Assembly: GCA_964057225.1 (NCBI GenBank)
Contig: OZ059896.1
Location: 12,586,001 to 12,650,000 of the forward strand
Reading direction: 5' to 3'
Source of the DNA: Auanema rhodensis
Taxonomy: Eukaryota; Animalia; Nematoda
Length of the DNA stretch: 64,000 nucleotides
The notes beneath the pieces were generated by a model. The model saw nothing but the letters and a program-made list of their open reading frames with translations. It was not told the origin of the DNA and did no database searches. A program made the position numbers and the translations under genes. Every line of letters starts with the position of its first letter. The stretch's first letter is position 1. Positions 52,201-60,000 of this stretch are shown here, one piece after another.

Positions 52201-53468
52201 ATAGATGCGCCGGTACAACTCATTGTCCCTGGGGCACCGGATGCGATGATATTCGACAGGATACATTTGTATCCGAACTATATTCTGCATACGAAAATCC
52301 TGGAAGAACCTACTGCACCAGAGCCGGAGGAGGACTATTCAACAGCTGTGGGCTTCCTATAGAAGGATGCATTTTATTTAGACCAACTTATCAACCAGAG
52401 AACAAAGAAGTATACGAAGAGATCAAATGCATACAATGGAAGCAAGAAGTGCAAGCAAAATTAACGATCATATACCTCAACAACACTCAAAAATACGACA
52501 TTTTGCTACAGCCCTACCGAAAATACGAGTTTCACGGAATATCATTACAGATTTCGTCAGTCACAGCAAAAGCAACAACGGAACTGTACAACAAAATTTT
52601 TTTAACATCTGAGACAAACAACTACATGATAACGGAGCAAATAAAACCAGCTGTTATATGCAGCAATGCAAGAATGGCGGCAGATAAGTTTAATGCATGC
52701 CACATAAGAAAGCCTTGCCCATGTTTGGGGGCCGCAGCACAGCTCTCTTGCAATTGCGATTCAGCGACGCAAAGAGAACTGAAAAAATATGAGCTTCCAA
52801 AAATTAATACGAATTATAGGATAACAAAAGAAGCAGGAACTATAACAGTTCTATCAAAAATGGAAGAATCAACGCTCACAATGCAAAACCCGCAATTTAG
52901 CATCGAAAGTCTATACACTAATAGACATCCTTGTTTTTCAGATTTTCAAATGATAACAGGATGTTATAAATGCAGAGAAGGAACAACGCTAAACATGACA
53001 TGTGAAACAAAGGACGAGTTAAATGCAATACTGAACTGCGATTCCTTTTCTACTATAATTCGATGCTCCGACAAAAATCCCGCCACAACGATAAAACTAT
53101 ACTTCAATGAACCCAAAGTACAAGAAAATTGTACTCTAACATGCGGAACAGCAACAAAGCAATTTATCCAGCTAAGTACCAGATTACACTACATAAGTGA
53201 CACTACAATTTCAGAAGAACTGATCAAACTACATAATGGAACATCTGGACTCTCTTGGAATCTCCCCAACTTGGAACCTCTAATAGAAGTGATCCAGAAT
53301 AATTGGAAATGGATCGTACCCGTCGTAGCTGCAGTCACAGCATGTTCATATATCTTATACACAGCCCTCTCCTTTCTCGCTCCTTTCCTTCTACCAGCTA
53401 TCCTCTCTTATTGCTGTTTGAAAAATTCAAATCGCAACCCTCGCCCGGCAATGTCGGCAAATGCCTGA
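46251..53468 (+). CDS. Gag-Pol-Env polyprotein, 2405 aa, uninterrupted; stop codon lies inside the 3' LTR
   Basis: Gag DUF1759-like IPTFNGD..FWNQF; three zinc knuckles; protease FLDPGA; RT LRIVFNAS/DIEGAF/YVDN; RNase H FVDAS/TIPRLEL/SDS/NPAD; integrase HHCC plus D,D,E; Cys-rich glycoprotein with TM segments. Confidence 0.98.
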   Translation: MDRTEEVFNEKLHNFADKFEQLAKLLIKTKTENQENISLLRLHTSLTQLRSEESSLATLASLLPEPTFSELNRRINEVTTLHADTVTRANILILELETKTAKKQPLPDSEDDQESDRNKRPTRTSFGLSVKTPQLSIPTFNGDSLTFPLFWNQFKTLIHNEPSLNIQQKNIFLAEALQGPARVHLENKPLNGEFYHQIIETLQNTYQPILAVDFRIYRNIRRLPVAKSDPTSLRSRVNEIRALLDQLDRARSQYIYNTEDPAWVTEISEKFPEEIIDMRCWRSPGENTISQILKDIEGIAYSKETSAYLRRERSEPQYRDQTQPFFSKPIKSSEKSERPCVFCDKQGHRPTKCPTITTPQERREIIKRKNRCWICFSPTHSSSKCKFESCRNCKKEHNYTLCLPKPTIKITKPSMNCTTISKSFHPSPAYLMTSQISLLNPLTNTYHTKTIFLDPGATQSFIHQKTAETCNLNTLATQNITATGFSGNKETFETKTVEAILQTPYGKIIKLILLTSPKPLTGNLKCCSLQIRDREFLEKTKISVTNQFINGETFSPDILLGMDWYDSVITEEPSISLPSGLKIKHTHFGPCIYGKTNNTHESIAVHSLIINPQIPEEVMIKQLFEIDSLGIAPHEGALNKSELFYNEYSTLLTFDNGYITAPLPLKKNAINIQSNRNLALATLNRLQISLQKDPNQQKYYQETFSQYLKENVIELVPADVEATRTYYMPHRGVWKPQKTKPLRIVFNASAKQKGQLSLNDITSTGESFTNKILDILIGIRTKSYFLMCDIEGAFTQIRIANDCKDLCRFLWLKDVNKPPTPNNIIEFRFNRLAFGITASPAVLNMSLHAYLNSHTSPFVEKTLRYLYVDNIFYTTNDQKELTDLYKDSKKIFSQISMNVREYFSNSSHFNNEIPAIDHHPDKNPKILGVLYNASKDSFVLTGQMRMQQSFTKRDMLSSLHSIYDPIGLAAPLLLPYKIILRQVMNSNVDWKEQVPEDLVADWNKASTKIGPFNIEVPRELSSKRDKKELWVFVDASTKAIAACAYLTTSTERAPIIMGKVKLAPKNRTLTIPRLELSAIFMGMKIAETVYNNLNEPNLAINIASDSQIALSWLITKKSVPVFISNMRQNIEEIGRRLEAQKASLHFHYVDTDHNPADIGTRGTTDQNLLKERWLFSPPWLSQMDNRPIKELTTPIDEDEPPMLILPVSTDIQPYESIIQPGRFSSYSKLQRTTGLVFKAALVLLQKINKTPTSTMLQRAQKEKQQSQTADLFLIQEAQKKLKQSEIKQFRTTKDNNGLRIIQTRLLNAKLPASTKYPFLLPKKSDLGKLILLSIHKENAHMGTTHMISLFLQKFFMAGTRQVCKSIIKKCVPCQKILSRPFTTDFLAPLPEDRITKAMPFKHTGLDCIGPIKYRKSEQIYIVIFTCLTVRAVHLEPINDMTSNTFLNAFIRFVARRGLPDVIRSDNGSNFVHSAKILNMLETYDSEHRTSFTKFLQKHHITWIFNTPSAPWTGGVWERLVAIVKTSLYKSLQLKLVNKDQLTTAIIKIEGIINSRPITYTNSDNVDDRPLTPADFLNNGSPVLVPGGNVEQLGQALDEPNPIQTNKEAFENLQKVEIIAESFWDRWSKEYLLCLRNAHASTKQTHRSSNHPTLNEVVLVEEDNLNRCNWQMARITALLPSSDNIFRSARIKLGNGKELTKPVEKLYPLELKDNFNKGRESQEITVNHLSHTPTNPNRLRNIFRFLMLIQIFSVAMTQPIIRCSTSQVVFPAQPNHSTICIDSSCHNLSAHQSEIIPLPISVLPKTASVSRFNLESTQNQTCKLPHPCDFPPPFILHIIGNPHCNPILAILIVLTPLIGCALLFISCGLIYRRLKTYRRQNEPTISYIPSLLFTLFFLICQAQACGSPNAHKNIEIFCDDIQNCTKITNEEISFNPLQNSLCSYIKYQNSTIGKLEIQLIQHKFSCQKVSQGFTRITNLTIHSSHRCAGTTHCPWGTGCDDIRQDTFVSELYSAYENPGRTYCTRAGGGLFNSCGLPIEGCILFRPTYQPENKEVYEEIKCIQWKQEVQAKLTIIYLNNTQKYDILLQPYRKYEFHGISLQISSVTAKATTELYNKIFLTSETNNYMITEQIKPAVICSNARMAADKFNACHIRKPCPCLGAAAQLSCNCDSATQRELKKYELPKINTNYRITKEAGTITVLSKMEESTLTMQNPQFSIESLYTNRHPCFSDFQMITGCYKCREGTTLNMTCETKDELNAILNCDSFSTIIRCSDKNPATTIKLYFNEPKVQENCTLTCGTATKQFIQLSTRLHYISDTTISEELIKLHNGTSGLSWNLPNLEPLIEVIQNNWKWIVPVVAAVTACSYILYTALSFLAPFLLPAILSYCCLKNSNRNPRPAMSANA
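47268..47456 (+). other. gag: Gag nucleocapsid: three CCHC zinc knuckles (BEL/Pao hallmark)
   Basis: CVFCDKQGHRPTKC and CWICFSPTHSSSKC (both CX2CX4HX4C), then CRNCKKEHNYTLC (CX2CX3HX4C). Confidence 0.95.
47580..48030 (+). other. Aspartic protease domain (approximate limits)
   Basis: IFLDPGATQSFI with catalytic Asp at 47610, and downstream PDILLGMD. Confidence 0.9.
48380..49790 (+). other. pol: Reverse transcriptase and RNase H (Pao peptidase A17-like region), approximate limits
   Basis: YMPHRGV, LRIVFNAS, CDIEGAFTQI, RLAFGITASP, YVDN (48849-48860), KILGV; SIYDPIG, FVDAS (Asp 49350), TIPRLEL, SDSQIAL, HNPADIGTRG. Confidence 0.95.
50180..51380 (+). other. Integrase (HHCC, DDE core, DUF5641-like C-terminus), approximate limits
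   Basis: HKENAH...CVPC; GLDCIGP (D 50466), SDNGSNF (D 50643), GGVWERLV (E 50799); FWDRWSKEYL...LYPLEL. Confidence 0.95.
51468..53468 (+). other. env: Env region: short Gn-like Cys-rich membrane protein, then phlebovirus-like Gc (G2) class II fusion glycoprotein from 51960
   Basis: Hydrophobic leader IFRFLMLIQIFSVAM; TM ILAILIVLTPLIGCALLFISCGLIY with basic tail; signal SLLFTLFFLICQAQA|C; SSHRCAGTTHC, YCTRAGGGLFNSCGLPIEGCILFR, CIQW, ITGCYKCREG; C-terminal TM WIVPVVAAV... Confidence 0.88.
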
Positions 53469-53892
53469 CTATTAACAAAATATAATGATTTACAATATAA
53501 ACATAACTCTTCTGAAATACTAAACCATTATCTATTAACCGAATAATTGTATCATTAACCTATTGCGCAACATTCTCAAAAGATGTTGAACTTTTATCAC
53601 CTCTATAGTTTACATTAACGTGACCTTTCTATTCAAATATCAAATATCACCATTAAGCTAAATCATATATAAACCCAAGAAACCTTCACTTTCGAATCTA
53701 ACTTTTCTACCACTGTACCATCTTTATTTAATAAACCTTTTAAACCCAAATCTGCGAAGTTCAACCCTGATAATATTCTCTTCGAATATCAACCTTCGTT
53801 AATACTCCTAAACGGTATTAACTCCTGTATCACGTCGAACGAGTAATACTACAGCTATTCCCCTGGAATAACTCTTGGATTCATAGTCCAAA
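53452..53892 (+). repeat. 3' LTR (441 bp)
   Basis: Direct repeat of 45547-45987 at offset 7905. Confidence 0.96.
53730..53735 (+). terminator. Putative polyadenylation signal AATAAA in 3' LTR
   Basis: AATAAA downstream of the LTR TATA box (53666-53673). Confidence 0.6.
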
Positions 53893-53897
53893 TAGCA
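53893..53897 (+). repeat. Target-site duplication, right copy (TAGCA)
   Basis: Identical to 45542-45546; removing the element and one copy restores the tRNA exactly. Confidence 0.9.
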
Positions 53898-53945
53898 CTC
53901 AAGACTCTGAATCCTGCGACCCGAGTTCAAATCTCAGTGGAACCT
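53898..53945 (+). tRNA. tRNA-Gln(CTG), 3' part (anticodon arm, T arm/B box, acceptor 3' strand); disrupted, probable pseudogene
   Basis: CTCAAGACT-CTG-AATCCTGCGACCCGAGTTCAAATCTCAGTGGAACCT. Anticodon CTG at 53907-53909, B box GAGTTCAAATC at 53923-53933; TGGAACC pairs with GGTTCCG at 45523-45529. Confidence 0.95.
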
Positions 53946-53950
53946 TCAAG

Positions 53951-53966
53951 TTTTGCATTTTGTTTT
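53951..53966 (+). terminator. Pol III oligo-T terminator of tRNA-Gln
   Basis: TTTTgcaTTTTgTTTT begins 6 nt after the discriminator base. Confidence 0.7.
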
Positions 53967-54026
53967 CACCGATATATGTTTCACAGATTCACTTTAGTTT
54001 TTGTCTGGAACTTTGAGTCTTCGAAA

Positions 54027-57000
54027 ATGAATATTTACTATACTAGCAAGCAGAAGAAAACCTTATATTTGTTCATTATTTCTTTTCATTTCAAATTAAT
54101 TTATTTTTTCACTGTCAAATCGGCAAGCACCTGCTGCACATGCCCAAACGAGCCACGCTTAGAAAATGAGGCTGACATAACACGTTTTTCACTCCTACCC
54201 AGATTGATTGCTTTAGAGAAATTTCTGTCTTATCTCATTATATTCTCTACTTTGACTTTGATTTTTCTTTTTTTGAAATTTCATTAATGTATAATTCAAA
54301 ATATCATTTCTTGTGATCAGATTGTTAATCGTTATATCTGTAAACGTTTCTCTCGAAATAGCAAGTAGAGTGTTCAGTTGTACTCACTTAACAAAGAAAG
54401 TAGAAGAACATATATATTTAGAGCAAAAAAAGTGCGGAAAAGTCGTTATCTCGTTAACATCAGTTTCACTGCCCAAAACTCTGTTTATTGTCATTCTACT
54501 TGCTATTTCGAGAGAAACGTTTACAGATATATATGAATATTTACTACACTAGCAAGCAGAAGAAAACTTTATACTAGTTCATTGTTTTTTTTTAATTTTT
54601 TTCGGTATATTTATTTTTTCACTGTCAAATCGGCAAGCACCTGCTGCACATGTGCGAGCTATTCGAGTGACCAATGCCCGAACAAGCCACGCTTAGAAAA
54701 TGAGGCTGACATAACACGTTTTTCACTCCTACCCAGATTGATTGCTTTAGAGACATTTCTGTCTTATCTCATTATATTCTCTACTTTAACTTTGATTTTT
54801 CTAAAATTTCATTAATGTATAATTCAAAATATCATTTCTTGTGATCAGATTGTTAATCGTTATATCTGTAAACGTTTCTCTCGAAGTAGCAAGTAGAGTA
54901 TTCAGTTGTACCCATTTAACAAAGAAAGTAGAAGAACATATATATTTAGAGCAAAAAAAGTGCGGAAAAGTCGTTATCTCGTTAACATCAGTTTCACTGC
55001 CCAAAACTCTGTTTATTGTCATTCTACTTGCTATTTCAAGAGAAACGTTTGCAGATATATATGAATATTTACTACACTAGCAAGCAGAAGAAAACCTTAT
55101 ACTAGTTCATTGTTTTTTTTTTAAATTTTTTTCGGTATATTTATTTTTTCACTGTCAAATCGGCAAGCACCTGCTGCACATGTGCGAGCTATTCGAGTGA
55201 CCGATGCCCAAACGAGCCACGCTTAGAAAATGAGGCTGACATAACACGTTTTTCACTTTGTAGAGTTGTACCCACTTAACAAAAAAAGTAGAAGAACATA
55301 TATATTTAGAGCAAAAAAAGTGCGGAAAAGTCGTTATCTCGTTAACATCAGTTTCACTGTTCAAAACTCTGTTTATTGTCACTCTACTTGCTATTTCGAG
55401 AGAAACGTTTACAGATATATATGAATATTTACTACACTAGCAAGCAGAAGAAAACCTTATACTAGTTCATTGTTTTTTTTTTTAATTTTTTTCGGTATAT
55501 TTATTTTTTCACTGTCAAATCGGCAAGCACCTGCTGCACATGTGCGAGCTATTCGAGTGACCGATGCCCAAACGAGCCACGCTTAGAAAATGAGGCTGAC
55601 ATAACACGTTTTTCACTCTGTAGAGTTGTACCCACTTAACAAAAAAAGTAGAAGAACATATATATTTAGAGCAAAAAAAGTGCGGAAAAGTCGTTATCTC
55701 GTTAACATCAGTTTCACTGTTCAAAACTCTGTTTATTGTCACTCTACTTGCTATTTCGAGAGAAACGTTTACAGATATATATGAATATTTACTACACTAG
55801 CAAGCAGAAGAAAACCTTATACTAGTTCATTGTTTTTTTTTAGTTTTTTTCGGTATATTTATTTTTTCACTGTCAAATCGGCAACACTAGCAAGCAGAAG
55901 AAAACCTTATACTAGTTCATTGTTTTTTTTTTTAATTTTTTTCGGTATATTTATTTTTTCACTGTCAAATCGGCAAGCACCTGCTGCACATGTGCGAGCT
56001 ATTCGAGTGACCGATGCCCGAACAAGCCACGCTTAGAAAATGAGGCTGACATAACACGTTTTTCACTCCTACCCAGATTGATTGCTTTAGAGACATTTCT
56101 GTCTTATCTCATTATATTCTCTACTTTAACTTTGATTTTTCTAAAATTTCATCAATGTATAATTCAAAATATCATTTCTTGTGATCAGATTGTTAATCGT
56201 TATATCTGTAAACATTTCTCTCGAAGTAGCAAGTAGAGTGTTCAGTTGTACCCACTTAACAAAGAAAGTAGAAGAACATATATATTTAGAGCAAAAAAAG
56301 TGCGGAAAAGTCGTTATCTCGTTAACATCAGTTTCACTGCCCAAAACTCTGTTTATTGTCATTCTACTTGCTATTTCGAGAGAAAAGTTCACAGATATAT
56401 ATGAATATTTACTACACTAGCAAGCAGAAAAAAACCTTATACTAGTTCATTGTTTTTTTTTTTAATTTTTTTCGGTATATTTATTTTTTCACTGTCAAAT
56501 CGGCAAGCACCTGCTGCACATGTGCGAGCTATTCGAGTGACCGATGCCCAAACGAGCCACGCTTAGAAAATGAGGCTGACATAACACCTTTTTCACTCTG
56601 TAGAGTTGTACCCACTTAACAAAAAAAGTAGAAGAACATATATATTTAAAGCAAAAAAAGTGCGGAAAAGTCGTTATCTCGTTAACATCAGTTTCACTGT
56701 TCAAAACTCTGTTTATTGTCACTCTACTTGCTATTTCGAGAGAAACGTTTACAGATATATATGAATATTTACTACACTAGCAAGCAGAAGAAAACCTTAT
56801 ACTAGTTCATTGTTTTTTTTTTTAATTTTTTTCGGTATATTTATTTTTTCACTGTCAAATCGGCAAGCACCTGCTGCACATGTGCGAGCTATTCGAGTGA
56901 CCGATGCCCAAACGAGCCACGCTTAGAAAATGAGGCTGACATAACACGTTTTTCACTCTGTAGAGTTGTACCCACTTAACAAAAAAAGTAGAAGAACATA

Positions 57001-60000
57001 TATATTTAGAGCAAAAAAAGTGCGGAAAAGTCGTTATCTCGTTAACATCAGTTTCACTGTTCAAAACTCTGTCTATTGTCACTCTACTTGCTATTTCGAG
57101 AGAAACGTTTACAGATATATATGAATATTTACTACACTAGCAAGCAGAAGAAAACCTTATACTAGTTCATTGTTTTTTTTTTTAATTTTTTTCGGTATAT
57201 TTATTTTTTCACTGTCAAATCGGCAAGCACCTGCTGCACATGTGCGAGCTATTCGAGTGACCGATGCCCGAACAAGCCACGCTTAGAAAATGAGGCTGAC
57301 ATAACACGTTTTTCACTCCTACCCAGATTGATTGCTTTAGAGACATTTCTGTCTTATCTCATTATATTCTCTACTTTAACTTTGATTTTTCTAAAATTTC
57401 ATTAATGTATAATTCAAAATATCATTTCTTGTGATCAGATTGTTAATCGTTATATCTGTAAACGTTTCTCTCGAAATAGCAAGTAGAGTGTTCAGTTGTA
57501 CCCACTTAACAAAGAAAGTAAAAGAACATATATATTTAGAGCAAAAAAAGTGCGGAAAAGTCGTTATCTTGTTAACATCAGTTTCACTGCCCAAAACTCT
57601 GTTTATTGTCATTCTACTTGCTATTTCGAGAGAAACGTTCACAGATATATATGAATATTTACTACACTAGCAAGCAGAAGAAAACCTTATACTACTTCAT
57701 TGTTTTTTTTTAATTTTTTTCGGTATATTTGTTTTTTCACTGTCAAATCGGCAAACACCTGCTGCACATGTGCGAGCTATTCGAGTGACCGATGCCCAAA
57801 CGAGCCACGCTTAGAAAATGAGGCTGACATAACACGTTTTTCACTCTGTAGAGTTGTACCCACTTAACAAAAAAAGTAGAAGAACATATATATTTAGAGC
57901 AAAAAAAGTGCGGAAAAGTCGTTATCTCGTTAACATCAGTTTCACTGTTCAAAACTCTGTTTATTGTCACTCTACTTGCTATTTCGAGAGAAACGTTTAC
58001 AGATATATATGAATATTTACTACACTAGCAAGCAGAAGAAAACCTTATACTAGTTCATTGTTTTTTTTTAGTTTTTTTCGGTATATTTATTTTTTCACTG
58101 TCAAATCGGCAACACTAGCAAGCAGAAGAAAACCTTATACTAGTTCATTGTTTTTTTTTTTAATTTTTTTCGGTATACTTATTTTTTCACTGTCAAATCG
58201 GCAAGCACCTGCTGCACATGTGCGAGCTATTCGAGTGACCGATGCCCGAACAAGCCACGCTTAGAAAATGAGGCTGACATAACACGTTTTTCACTCCTAC
58301 CCAGATTGATTGCTTTAGAGACATTTCTGTCTATCTCATTATATTCTCTACTTTAACTTTGATTTTTCTAAAATTTCATCAATGTATAATTCAAAATATC
58401 ATTTCTTGTGATCAGATTGTTAATCGTTATATCTGTAAACATTTCTCTCGAAGTAGCAAGTAGAGTGTTCAGTTGTACCCACTTAACAAAGAAAGTAGAA
58501 GAACATATATATTTAGAGCAAAAAAAGTGCGGAAAAGTCGTTATCTCGTTAACATCAGTTTCACTGCCCAAAACTCTGTTTATTGTCATTCTACTTGCTA
58601 TTTCGAGAGAAACGTTTACAGATATATATGAATATTTACTACACTAGCAAGCAGAAGAAAACCTTATACTAGTTCATTGTTTTTTTTTTTAATTTTTTTC
58701 GGTATATTTATTTTTTCACTGTCAAATCGGCAAGCACCTGCTGCACATGTGCGAGCTTTTCGAGTGACCGATGCCCAAACGAACCACGCTTAGAAAATGA
58801 GGCTGACATAACACGTTTTTCACTCGTACCCAGATTGATTGCTTTAGAGACATTTCTGTCTTATCTCATTATATTCTCAACTTTGACTTTGATTTTTCTA
58901 AAATTTCATTAATGTATAATTCAAAATATCATTTCTTGTGATCAGATTGTTAATCGTTATATCTGTAAACGTTTTTCTCGAAATAGCAAGTAGAGTGTTC
59001 AGTGGTACCCACTTAACAAAGAAAGTAGAAGAACATATATATTTAGAGCAAAAAAAGTGCGGAAAAGTCGTTATCTCGTTAACATCAGTTTCACTGCCCA
59101 AAACTCTGTTTATTGTCATTCTACTTGCTATTTCGAGAGAAACGTTTACAGATATATATGAATATTTACTACACTAGCAAGCAGAAGAAAACCTTATACT
59201 AGTTCATTGTTTTTTTTTAATTTTTTTCGGTATATTTATTTTTTCACTGTCAAATCGGCAAGCACCTGCTGCACATGTGCGAGCTATTCGAGTGACCGAT
59301 GCCCAAACGAGCCACGCTTAGAAAATGAGGCTGACATAACACGTTTTTCACTCTGTAGAGTTGTACCCACTTAACAAAAAAAGTAGAAGAACATATATAT
59401 TTAGAGCAAAAAAAGTGCGGAAAAGTCGTTATCTCGTTAACATCAGTTTCACTGTTCAAAACTCTGTCTATTGTCACTCTACTTGCTATTTCGAGAGAAA
59501 CGTTTACAGATATATATGAATATTTACTACACTAGCAAGCAGAAGAAAACCTTATACTAGTTCATTGTTTTTTTTTTAAATTTTTTTCGGTATATTTATT
59601 TTTTCACTGTCAAATCGGCAAGCACCTGCTGCACATGTGCGAGCTATTCGAGTGACCGATGCCCGAACAAGCCACGCTTAGAAAATGAGGCTGACATAAC
59701 ACGTTTTTCACTCCTACCCAGATTGATTGCTTTAGAGACATTTCTGTCTTATCTCATTATATTCTCTACTTTAACTTTAATTTTTCTTAAATTTCATCAA
59801 TGTATAATTCAAAATATCATTTCTTGTAATCAGATTGTTAATCGTTATATCTGTAAACATTTCTCTCGAAGTAGCAAGTAGAGTGTTCAGTTGTACCCAC
59901 TTAACAAAGAAAGTAGAAGAACATATATATTTAGAGCAAAAAAAGTGCGGAAAAGTCGTTATCTCGTTAACATCAGTTTCACTGCCCAAAACTCTGTTTA

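Larger units (their letters stand above)
45547..53892 (+). mobile_element. Full-length BEL/Pao LTR retrotransposon / endogenous belpaovirus with env (Cer7/Cer13/Atlas-like), 8346 bp
   Basis: Two 441-bp direct LTRs, a TSD, a PBS and one ORF in the order Gag (three CCHC)-PR-RT (YVDN)-RNase H-IN-Env. Confidence 0.97.

Noticed and set aside
46235-53485. Short antisense and alternate-frame ORFs within the retroelement
   Set aside because: They are shadows of the long polyprotein ORF with no motifs of their own.
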